A DNA stretch of 64,000 nt from Winogradskyella sp. (GCA_964230865.1 CAXRJK010000024.1:3246-67245); one strand, 5' to 3'; numbered from the stretch's first letter, positions 47,968 through 56,696 are shown. Program-made: numbers and translations. Notes: generated from the letters alone by a model not told the origin.

Positions 47968-50877
47968 CTATTTCATTAGCAACATTTTCTTGGTGGCCTG
48001 ATAAGGTCCTGCATCTACACGGTAAAAATACATTCCGCTTGCCAGTTGATCTCCATTGAAAGAGAATGTATGTATACCGGCACTCAAGTCACCGCTGTGC
48101 AGTGTCTCAACCATTTGACCAGCGAGTGTCCAAACTGATACAGTTGTGTGCTGGTCTTCCGGTAATTGAATTGCAATTTGGGTTACCGGATTGAATGGGT
48201 TGGGGAAATTCTGCTTTAGCGCAAATGATCCAGGGAGTGCTTCCGTACCAGCTTTTCTCATGGTTAGCTCAGAGACATCTCCAGTAATTATGAGTTCACC
48301 TGAGCCCTCAAGAGTATACTGCTGTGATCCCGATAATATCCATTGAGACCCGTCCACAATTTCATATGTAATAGTGAGCTCTTTTGAGTTATCACTGACA
48401 AATAAAACACCTGAGTTTTCAATGTATCTCATGTCATTTTCAAAGCGGATATCAAACGCACCAACAGCTTCAGGTGGCGCGGGTGGTAACCCATAACTGA
48501 GTTTTTCTTTTTCATCAGCAATGGCCAATCCAAAATACAGAGGCATAGAATTCAGACCCATACCATTTGTAAGCTGAATAGTGTTTGCTGTCTGTCTCTG
48601 GAATTCCCTTGTCTTTCCAGATGAGGCCCCCTTTGTGAAGGTTACATCAGATGTCTCAGATGCGCGTACCCAGTAACCTCTTCCAGGGACAATAGCCTGA
48701 GCATCTGCATAGGTTCCCGCAAAATCATATAGAGACCCTGGTACAATGACACCATTGGGATCGGTAATCTCATTCAGATACATTACCTCAGAAATACCAG
48801 ATATCATGTTCCAACCTTCAGTTAATGTATGGGTAATTGTCAACCTGTCATACCCCTGAAATAATGCAATATGGTCTGTGGTAGAGCGCAGCCAGTAGCC
48901 TTTTCCTGCTACAGGGGCAACGGCAGGAACATAGGTTCCATTAAACTCATATAGAGACCCGGGAACTGTTTCAATACCATCCGCTGTTGGATCACCGAAA
49001 AGATCAAGGTCCGGGATCTCATCTCCGTCCACATCGTATAGGTAGGGTAGCCCGCTGGTCTCAATGGGAAGTCCCGCTAGGTTCCAGCCTTCATTGATCT
49101 GTGCCAACCCTGGGTTACCGTTGGTTGCTAGACAAACGCCTGTACAATAATCTACACAATTATCCTGAGTTTCTCCACCGCCCATACACTCTGCGACGCA
49201 GGTGGGTAGTTCAGTTGCAACACAGGTACCAAAACCTACCTGGTCAAGCCAGCGAAAGTTTTCTGTGTTTTGAAAACGCGCTGTGACTTCCTGAGTTTCA
49301 ATAACAGGAATACATAGGTTGTCAGCTTGAAAGGTCAGCCGACCACCATTAGCAGAATAGGGAGAGTCTGGTACGCCATCGCCATCTGTATCAATAAAGG
49401 TAAGATCATTTACTAAGTCAATTTCATGGCCGGAATCATCAGGAAATGACCAGGCACCGCCTGTAGCATATTCAGCTGCACCAATGCACCAGATCAAACC
49501 CTCAAGTACACAATCCATTGGGTCACCACCCGTACCGAGACAGGGAAGTATGACCTCATTGTATGCGCCCGCTGAGACAGCTCCTGCAGTTCCAGCATCC
49601 AATCCAAATGTTGTTAGGATAGCAGCTCCCGCATCATCAGCACACTCCTCAACAGATAAAAAAGTACAGTTAGCAACACAGCTTTCTTGATCTGTACCTC
49701 CTGCCATACACTCTGCAACACATCCGGGAACAAATGCGTTGGCACATCCCTCGAATGTTCCCACACCTGTTCCATATGCAACCATAAAGTTATAGGTAAA
49801 ATAGTATCCGGTAAACTGTAGGGGCTCATCACCATTCATGGGAACGCCATCTGCGCCCACTGGGTCAAAAAGCTGTGCCCACTCACCCCAGTTTTCACTG
49901 GTTGGGTCAAAAATTGGATTTCCATCCATTGGGTTTGTTCCAATGGGAGCATTTGCAGAGCCTAAAACACCGTTATAAAAGCCAGCTTCTTCTTCAACAT
50001 ATGCATCGTCAGTTGGGTCCACAACATTGATATTGCTGGAGGGGCCATCTGTGGCTGACCAGCCCACACCAAAGTCCTGGACAGTTGAAAAATCATCATT
50101 GTAGGTTACCTGCATGTAGCCCCAGCTTGGGTTGGGTGTATGGTGTGGAGCAGAGGTTCCCTCTTCTCTCCAAGGGAAATCAGTAAAGTCAACTGAGTTT
50201 CCAATCTGACCATAGTCAACTCCAGGTACATCATTTAAAAGGTCGACAGCTGAAAATTCTGCAAATGTTCCGGATAGGGTGATTCCCCAGCCCTGATTCA
50301 GCTGATTGCGAAACTCATCTACGAACGTTCCTGCGCTGGTCCATGTGCCATCCTCATTGACCGGGAGAACTTCCTGACCTGTAACGCAGTCCGCTGTAAC
50401 AGTTGTGGGATAGTTACTGCCGTGTCTATAAAAAGGTGGAGGCTCGATACCATCAGATCCGTCACCATTAAAGAAATCATTTGAGGCATCATTAATGTGA
50501 AATGTTCCATCATCGTTAAAGTCAACATTCATGGAAATCCAGCCATATGGAAATCCAGCTAACTGGAGCAGCCCCCAAAGAGGAACCGGTAGAGTTCTAG
50601 CTGTGTCTCCAATAGCAAAAGATACAATTGGGTAGCTAAAAAGCGGGTTTGCGCTGCTGGGCCAGCTTACGGTAAAATCATATCCACCCTGAGCGTTAAA
50701 TGGGTTGGAAGGATCGGATAGAACTGGCTCAAGGTCAGTTGTTGCATCCGGAGGGCGAACAACCCAGGTGTAGTCTACATTTATGTAATCAACCTGATAG
50801 TTTCCTGTAAGTGACTGGGAGAGGACCAGGGAGGTTAAAAACAAGGTGTAAACTGATAGTTTGTAAAACTGATTCAT
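47968..50877 (-). CDS. 969-aa secreted protein of unknown function with duplicated Cys motifs and a T9SS C-terminal sorting domain
   Basis: Signal peptide LFLTSLVLSQS. C-terminus LKQNFPNPFNPVTQIAIQLP...GMYFYRVDAG...KKMLLMK. AAGGAG Shine-Dalgarno upstream. Confidence 0.7.
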   Translation of the reverse strand: MNQFYKLSVYTLFLTSLVLSQSLTGNYQVDYINVDYTWVVRPPDATTDLEPVLSDPSNPFNAQGGYDFTVSWPSSANPLFSYPIVSFAIGDTARTLPVPLWGLLQLAGFPYGWISMNVDFNDDGTFHINDASNDFFNGDGSDGIEPPPFYRHGSNYPTTVTADCVTGQEVLPVNEDGTWTSAGTFVDEFRNQLNQGWGITLSGTFAEFSAVDLLNDVPGVDYGQIGNSVDFTDFPWREEGTSAPHHTPNPSWGYMQVTYNDDFSTVQDFGVGWSATDGPSSNINVVDPTDDAYVEEEAGFYNGVLGSANAPIGTNPMDGNPIFDPTSENWGEWAQLFDPVGADGVPMNGDEPLQFTGYYFTYNFMVAYGTGVGTFEGCANAFVPGCVAECMAGGTDQESCVANCTFLSVEECADDAGAAILTTFGLDAGTAGAVSAGAYNEVILPCLGTGGDPMDCVLEGLIWCIGAAEYATGGAWSFPDDSGHEIDLVNDLTFIDTDGDGVPDSPYSANGGRLTFQADNLCIPVIETQEVTARFQNTENFRWLDQVGFGTCVATELPTCVAECMGGGETQDNCVDYCTGVCLATNGNPGLAQINEGWNLAGLPIETSGLPYLYDVDGDEIPDLDLFGDPTADGIETVPGSLYEFNGTYVPAVAPVAGKGYWLRSTTDHIALFQGYDRLTITHTLTEGWNMISGISEVMYLNEITDPNGVIVPGSLYDFAGTYADAQAIVPGRGYWVRASETSDVTFTKGASSGKTREFQRQTANTIQLTNGMGLNSMPLYFGLAIADEKEKLSYGLPPAPPEAVGAFDIRFENDMRYIENSGVLFVSDNSKELTITYEIVDGSQWILSGSQQYTLEGSGELIITGDVSELTMRKAGTEALPGSFALKQNFPNPFNPVTQIAIQLPEDQHTTVSVWTLAGQMVETLHSGDLSAGIHTFSFNGDQLASGMYFYRVDAGPYQATKKMLLMK

Positions 50878-51277
50878 TGTTGACTCCTTTTATTAAATTT
50901 AAAGGTGACGCGCAAAATTGCGTATTTGATGTTTAGATAACACATACAAAGAGGTCAAAAAATACTCAGAGTTGGCAAAATTCGCAAGCGCTTTTTTGTA
51001 TAATGTGAGTTGTATCACAAAATAAATGTTTATTCTAGCTCCAACAAAATATTTTATTTCCTCTCAAACCACCTTCTAAGGCTCCATAGCAGTAGAAGGA
51101 TACCAGCTGTAAACATTAAGTTTATGAGTACTTCAATAGTTAGCCTTGACATGATTGATATAAAATTACGTTTAAAAGTAGAATTAACTGTGAAATTATT
51201 TATCCGAAGTACAACTAGAACGTAAATTAAACCTAATATTTAACAAATCAAACAACTGACTCAGAGGATATCATTAA

Positions 51278-52057
51278 ATGAAAATAGCGGTATTGATTAA
51301 GCAGGTTCCGGTAAGTGATTCTACGTTTCGACCTGCGGAAAATGAATTATGGATTGAAGAAGGACAAATTCAATATGAAATGAATGAGAATGATTCATTT
51401 GCATTGGAGGAGGCACTTTTGATAAAAGAAAAGCGGGGAGAGGGAGAGGTAGTGGTAGTCTGCATGGGACCCTCTGGAAGAGCGCCAAGGGTCATACGAG
51501 AGGCTTTAGCAAAGGGCGCAGACAGAGCGGTGCATATTGTGGAAGAAGGCCCTTTTGAAACAGACCCACATCAAATTGCGCATATTTTGTTTGAAAGTAT
51601 TCGATCTGAGTCCTTTGACCTGATATTTTCGGGTCTGCAGTCAGTTGACCTGGGCATGGGGCAAACCGGGGTTTTATTGGGAGCAATGCTGGGGATGTCA
51701 ACAGCGACCTTGGCAATGTCAACTGAAATACAGGAGGATAAAATTAGGGTCAAGCGTGAGCTGGAGTCTGGCTGGTTTCAATGGGTAACTCTACCACTTC
51801 CGGCCTCTGTTTCCATTCAATCAGGAATAAACACTCCCAGATATCCATCTCTAAAAGGGATAATGGGTGCAAAGAAAAAAGAGATAAAGACCGTAAATAA
51901 AACTGATCTGAATTTGAGTGAGGGTCTACAAAAAGTAACCCGGATCTACAATCTAGAGACAGATAAACAAACCGAATATATTGAGGGAGATCCGGATGTA
52001 CAGGTAGCACGGCTGATGGATATTTTAAAATCAGAAGTAAAAGTTTTAGGAGCATAA
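51278..52057 (+). CDS. etfB: electron transfer flavoprotein beta subunit
   Basis: MKIAVLIKQVP N-terminus. 259 aa. Immediately followed by etfA. Confidence 0.9.
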   Translation: MKIAVLIKQVPVSDSTFRPAENELWIEEGQIQYEMNENDSFALEEALLIKEKRGEGEVVVVCMGPSGRAPRVIREALAKGADRAVHIVEEGPFETDPHQIAHILFESIRSESFDLIFSGLQSVDLGMGQTGVLLGAMLGMSTATLAMSTEIQEDKIRVKRELESGWFQWVTLPLPASVSIQSGINTPRYPSLKGIMGAKKKEIKTVNKTDLNLSEGLQKVTRIYNLETDKQTEYIEGDPDVQVARLMDILKSEVKVLGA

Positions 52058-52060
52058 GCG

Positions 52061-53032
52061 ATGGGAATACTCGTAATCTTAGAGCAAAAGGGAAATTCAA
52101 TCCATGGCATGAGTTTAGAGGCGGTCGCTGCCGCTCAGGATATGGCTGAAAAGTTGAATTCCAAGCTCTCAATTTTAGTAATGGGGAATGATATTGATCC
52201 TCTAACTCAACAAGCTAAGAGTCTTGAAGCGAGCGAGGTGATCGCTGTGAACCATGAGCTATTAAAGGAATACTCTTGCGATGGTTTTGCCGAGATCACA
52301 AAACAGGTTGTAGAGATAGAGTCTCCTGAGTTTGTTGTAATGGCACACACATATATGGTGAGAGATTTCTTACCATCTGTCAGTGTGTTTACCGGGGCAC
52401 CATTTATTGCCGATGTGATCTCTTTTAGAGCTGAAGATGGGAATTCCGTTTTTACTAAACAAATGTTCAATTCTAAACTAGGCTCTGATATTGTTGTCAG
52501 AGGAGGCAGTTGTGGCCTTGTCAGTTTTCAGTCTGCTGCCTATCAGGCAAGCGCTGTCAAAAGGGGAGACACTCCAGTTCGCCAAATTGAGTTATCCTTA
52601 TCTGAAGAACAAGTTCGCTCTAAAAGTGAAGAACCATTTCAGGAATCTTCAGGTGGCGTTGATTTAACCAGCGCAGATGTGATAGTATCTGTTGGAAGGG
52701 GGATTGGAGAGGATACAAAAATTCCAATGGTGGAGGAATTAGCAAAAGCAATGGGGGCAGAAATTGCTGCGTCGAGACCGGTAATAGATTCCGGTTGGCT
52801 TCCGCCTTTCAGGCAGGTTGGTAGCTCAGGTCAGAATGTCTCACCTAAGCTCTATTTTTCAGTTGGAATTTCTGGGGCTATTCAGCATGTTGTTGGAATG
52901 AAAGGGTCCCAAAGTATTATCGCAATCAACAAAGACCCAGATGCACCAATTTTTGAGCTCGCAGATTACGCGGTTGTGGGAGATTTGAATGAGATTGTAC
53001 CTAAGCTCACCGAGGCACTCCAAAACCAATAA
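52061..53032 (+). CDS. etfA: electron transfer flavoprotein alpha subunit
   Basis: C-terminal FAD-binding region SRPVIDSGWLP..QVGSSGQNVSPKLYFSVGISGAIQHVVGM. Confidence 0.9.
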   Translation: MGILVILEQKGNSIHGMSLEAVAAAQDMAEKLNSKLSILVMGNDIDPLTQQAKSLEASEVIAVNHELLKEYSCDGFAEITKQVVEIESPEFVVMAHTYMVRDFLPSVSVFTGAPFIADVISFRAEDGNSVFTKQMFNSKLGSDIVVRGGSCGLVSFQSAAYQASAVKRGDTPVRQIELSLSEEQVRSKSEEPFQESSGGVDLTSADVIVSVGRGIGEDTKIPMVEELAKAMGAEIAASRPVIDSGWLPPFRQVGSSGQNVSPKLYFSVGISGAIQHVVGMKGSQSIIAINKDPDAPIFELADYAVVGDLNEIVPKLTEALQNQ

Positions 53033-53046
53033 TTTTGAGATAGCCA

Positions 53047-54888
53047 ATGCATTTTTCTTTTTTTGAACAAGTAATTTTACTTGTGTTCGTCATTTTCTCA
53101 GTTAGCTCTTTTACATATGAAATTTGGAAGAGAATTTCTATCATAATAAAAGGAACTGGGACTTTACCTATTGACAGAATTGGAGAGCGGTGTCTTCGGT
53201 TTTTCAGGGAAGTTCTGCTACAAGAGAAGGTTATACGAGAGCGATTTCTTCCGGGACTCATGCACGCGCTGGTGTTTTGGGGATTCATGGCATTTGGAGT
53301 TATAACTTTAGACCATTTTGTCAGAGGGTTTAATGGGAGATTGTTGGGAGAAACTGCCTACTCGATCTACAGTTGGGTCGCTGCTCCATTTGCTGTTTTG
53401 GTGATAATTGGAATTCTGTATTTAGCCTATCGAAGATTTTATCTAAAGCCCAAAGAGCTGGGAAAGAAATCTATTACGTCTGGGCTTGTTGCTATATTTA
53501 TTACTCTTCTAATGGCAACATATATGTTAACAGAATTAGATCTCCCTGAAAATATTGAAAAATTAAATTGGTGGGGACATTCGTTTCTCATACTAGCGTT
53601 TTTATTTCTTATCCCGAGATCCAAACACTTGCACCTAGTGCTGGCTCCAGTCAATATATTTTTTCGCTCGTTTACTGTCCCAGACCATGATACTGTAGAA
53701 ATAGATATGGAGGCCTCTGAAGAGGAATTAGACTCCATGCTGAGCGGTCTGACAAAAATGAGTAAAAAACAGGCACTGGATATTTTTAGTTGTGTGGAGT
53801 GTGGTCGCTGTACTGAGGTCTGTCCAGCAAATCGTGGGGGAGGATTGTTAGACCCTAAACATCATTTTATTTTGGACTTGAAAGACCCTATGCTCCATTC
53901 CTCAGGTGTGGATGTGTTGGGGCAGATTAATGTGGAAGCAGGGTGGGAGTGTACTACCTGCCAGGCCTGCACAGATATTTGTCCGGTTGGAAATCACGTG
54001 GAAAAATCTGATGAAATTCGAAGGCACCAGGTTTTGGTGGAAGGTCAGGTTCCTCAGGAATATCAAAAAGTTTTTCGCAATCTCCAGGAATCTGGAAATA
54101 CAGAGGGAGCTTTTCAATCGCCCCTAGCTGATTCATTGCCTGATTATACACCTGATAAAGACTATTTGCTCTGGCTGGGTTGTTTTGCTCGATATGGTCT
54201 AGACCCTGATTTTGAAAATTCCGTTAGGAGTTTTACAAAAATATTGGATGAGGCCGGTGTCACCTATGGGGTTTTGACCGAAGAGATGTGTTCCGGAGAT
54301 CCTGCAAACAGGCTAGGCGATAAGCTAACCTATCAAATGCTAATGGAGCAAAATAAAGAACAGCTCGAGGGTGTAAAAAAAGTTACCAGTCTATGCCCGC
54401 ATTGTGTTGTGAATTTAGATCAGGAATATAAAAAATATGGTGAGGTCTCCTACAAAGTTGAACACCACACACAGGTTATCTCTAAGCTGATTGATTCAAA
54501 AAAAATATCGGTAAGCCGCTCGTCATCTGAAAAGTTAACCTATCACGACCCATGTAATCTCTCTCGAACTTTGGATGAGATAGACGCTCCACGTAATGCA
54601 CTAAATGCCTCCTCTTCCAAATATTTTGAGATGGAAGAACATGGAAATAAAACCTTGTGCTGCGGTGCAGGCGGTGGGCTCTGGTGGAAAAAAGAAACCA
54701 AGGGACGAACTCATCTAGTTAGAGCACAGCAGGTGGTTGATTCGGGTGCAGAAACTGTAGCCACAGGCTGTAATTTTTGTTTTGGAATGATGAAGCAGGG
54801 GCTGGGCCCGTTGACACCTGATGACCAAAAAGAAATTCAGGTAAAGGATATTGCTGATATTGTAGCGGAAAACTTGGTTGCAAATTAG
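53047..54888 (+). CDS. membrane-anchored Fe-S oxidoreductase (NarI/HdrE-like TM domain + 2x[4Fe-4S] + two CCG domains; HdrD/GlpC/DUF224-like), candidate ETF:quinone oxidoreductase
   Basis: Five N-terminal hydrophobic helices with conserved His. CVECGRCTEVCP and CTTCQACTDICP. CCG-domain cysteines (LGCFARY..CSGDP..LCPHC; HDPCNL..LCCGAGGG..TGCNFC). Confidence 0.8.
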   Translation: MHFSFFEQVILLVFVIFSVSSFTYEIWKRISIIIKGTGTLPIDRIGERCLRFFREVLLQEKVIRERFLPGLMHALVFWGFMAFGVITLDHFVRGFNGRLLGETAYSIYSWVAAPFAVLVIIGILYLAYRRFYLKPKELGKKSITSGLVAIFITLLMATYMLTELDLPENIEKLNWWGHSFLILAFLFLIPRSKHLHLVLAPVNIFFRSFTVPDHDTVEIDMEASEEELDSMLSGLTKMSKKQALDIFSCVECGRCTEVCPANRGGGLLDPKHHFILDLKDPMLHSSGVDVLGQINVEAGWECTTCQACTDICPVGNHVEKSDEIRRHQVLVEGQVPQEYQKVFRNLQESGNTEGAFQSPLADSLPDYTPDKDYLLWLGCFARYGLDPDFENSVRSFTKILDEAGVTYGVLTEEMCSGDPANRLGDKLTYQMLMEQNKEQLEGVKKVTSLCPHCVVNLDQEYKKYGEVSYKVEHHTQVISKLIDSKKISVSRSSSEKLTYHDPCNLSRTLDEIDAPRNALNASSSKYFEMEEHGNKTLCCGAGGGLWWKKETKGRTHLVRAQQVVDSGAETVATGCNFCFGMMKQGLGPLTPDDQKEIQVKDIADIVAENLVAN

Positions 54889-54926
54889 TTCCAATTAGAG
54901 GGGTCTGACACCCCAGCACTTTATTG

Positions 54927-56696
54927 ATGAAAACCAATCACTATTATCTGCCCTTTGAAAATAACGGTGCTTTTGAATACACAAAAGAAAATTTAAATGC
55001 CCTAACCGAATACGAAAAATATCAGCTCTCCTTTCACCCTGAACGTCCAAAGTTTTTAGATTTTCTTTCCCTTTTTGAAAATGTAAAGGTCTGCCTTGAT
55101 TCGGAAGAACATGGTACATCTCTCATTCAAACATTTAGAGCTGACTTGAAAATAGATTCTAAAAATATTCCGGTTATGTTGGTTGGACAGCAGTCTAGCC
55201 CCACATCAAATTATCCTGAGATGGTAGCTCTAATGAAAAGCCCCAAAGAAGTCCACAAATGGAATAACGGTATGCCAACACCAAAATCTTATGAGAGGGC
55301 TTACGATGCTATAAAGCTTGGAAACAAAGAAAACCGGTTAATTATAGTTTTTGTGGATACTCCCGGAGCTGACCCAACTGAAGAGTCAGAGGCGGGAGGA
55401 ATAGCCTGGCGAATTGGTAACACCATTCAGGCACTGGTGGAGTCAACTACACCAACCATTGCGGTTATTTTAAATCGTGGATGTAGCGGTGGTGCGATAG
55501 CTCTTACCGGATGTGATACAGTCCTTGCGTTGGAAAACTCTACCTATTTAGTCATTTCTCCTGAGGCGTGCTCATCCATTTTATTTCACACACGCCAAAG
55601 AGCAAGTGAGGCGGCCGAGGTCTCACAAATAACCTCAAAAGAGGGATTATCTCATGGGATTGTCGATGAGCTAATATCTGAGCCCAAGGGGCCAGCTCAT
55701 CGATACCCTGAAGAAACAAAACACTCTGTCTATAAAATCTTATCAAAATATGCAAAAGCTCTATCTGAAAAATCTGTGGATTCACTATTAAAAATGAGAG
55801 ACTCAAGGTGGAAAAAAATGGGTCATTGGGATATAATTACAGAGAAAAAATCTCAAGCATTCACTAACAAAAATACAAGACTTCCTAAGCCAAATAAGGA
55901 GGGATTTATCCCACGCCACAGGGGATGCTATGATTTAAGTAATAAAAGGGTGTTTGACCCCGTTCAATTCAGAGAATTGGTTAATAATAATTTTCACTGT
56001 GCAACCTGCGGAAAAAGATATGCTCGTCCCTCTATATGGGATTATATGAACTACATATTGGATAGAGACTCATTTAAGGAACATGACTCTACACGCTATA
56101 TTGTAGATAAAGATATTTTAGAATTTCCAGAGTACAATCAAAAGCTAAACGAAACTCAACTTAAAACTGGATTAGCATCAGCAATGCTCACAGGAGGGGG
56201 GAGTATAAATAACAACCAAGTGATCTACTGCGGTACTGAATTTGGATTTTTTGGAGGTTCATACTGTATGAGCTCCGGTGAGAAAATTTGGCAGGCATCA
56301 AAAATTGCTTTAGATCAAAATCTACCCATGGTTATTCAAGCGTGTGGCGGTGGAGCTAGAATGCACGAGGGATGTTCATCAATGGTCTCTATTCCAAAAG
56401 CTCACCTAGCTTTATCTCATGTGGAGAAGGTTGGATTACCGGTGATAACTATCATAACAGACCCAACTCTGGGTGGGGTCGCCATTGGAATTGGTTCTCG
56501 TGGGATTCAGATATTTGAATCCAGCGCTGGAAATATTGGATTTTCAGGTCGGCGTGTTATTGAGCAGTATGTTGGTCATGAACTACCAACGGACTTTCAA
56601 ACTACACCGTGGCTGAAAAATAAGGGCCACGTGGAATATTCAGTTTCTCTATTGAATTTAAGAAAAAAAATTGGAGAGATCTTAAACAGCAAATAG
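54927..56696 (+). CDS. fused acetyl-CoA carboxylase carboxyltransferase, AccA-like N-half + AccD-like C-half
   Basis: N-half: HPERPKFLDF, VFVDTPGADP, NRGCSGGAIAL, STYLVISPEACSSILF. C-half: CATCGKRY zinc-ribbon remnant, FGFFGGSYCMSSGEK, ACGGGARMHEG. Confidence 0.75.
   Translation: MKTNHYYLPFENNGAFEYTKENLNALTEYEKYQLSFHPERPKFLDFLSLFENVKVCLDSEEHGTSLIQTFRADLKIDSKNIPVMLVGQQSSPTSNYPEMVALMKSPKEVHKWNNGMPTPKSYERAYDAIKLGNKENRLIIVFVDTPGADPTEESEAGGIAWRIGNTIQALVESTTPTIAVILNRGCSGGAIALTGCDTVLALENSTYLVISPEACSSILFHTRQRASEAAEVSQITSKEGLSHGIVDELISEPKGPAHRYPEETKHSVYKILSKYAKALSEKSVDSLLKMRDSRWKKMGHWDIITEKKSQAFTNKNTRLPKPNKEGFIPRHRGCYDLSNKRVFDPVQFRELVNNNFHCATCGKRYARPSIWDYMNYILDRDSFKEHDSTRYIVDKDILEFPEYNQKLNETQLKTGLASAMLTGGGSINNNQVIYCGTEFGFFGGSYCMSSGEKIWQASKIALDQNLPMVIQACGGGARMHEGCSSMVSIPKAHLALSHVEKVGLPVITIITDPTLGGVAIGIGSRGIQIFESSAGNIGFSGRRVIEQYVGHELPTDFQTTPWLKNKGHVEYSVSLLNLRKKIGEILNSK

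Noticed and set aside
48650-48990. Duplicated VPGSLY modules considered as a diversity-generating retroelement template/variable repeat pair.
   Set aside because: No reverse transcriptase lies anywhere in the window. The nucleotide identity is patchy (for example only TCATATAGAGACCC is shared), and the differences are not confined to adenines.
50972-51004. Sigma70-like TTGGCA ... TATAAT pair upstream of etfB.
   Set aside because: I count a 21-nt spacer, outside the functional 16-18 nt range. The promoter consensus of this lineage is also unknown, so I did not annotate it.
51010-51225. 71-aa ORF in the cargo/etfB intergenic gap.
   Set aside because: It has a TTG start and no Shine-Dalgarno. 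The composition is odd, and the stretch is AT-rich with no gene-like periodicity visible. I treat it as non-coding.
51492-52172. Minus-strand ORFs of 60-140 aa across etfB/etfA.
   Set aside because: They lie antisense to clear ETF genes and show no motifs or ribosome-binding sites.
54900-54914. GGGGT-CTGAC-ACCCC hairpin between the Fe-S oxidoreductase and accAD genes.
   Set aside because: The stem is only 5 bp and the T-run that follows is interrupted. It is too weak to call a terminator and is mentioned only as context.
54927-56696. Whether the 590-aa carboxyltransferase is glutaconyl-CoA decarboxylase alpha (GcdA), given its similar size and gcdH/etf context.
   Set aside because: The motif order matches AccA followed by AccD, including a zinc-ribbon remnant. 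It does not match the beta-then-alpha 12S/GcdA layout.
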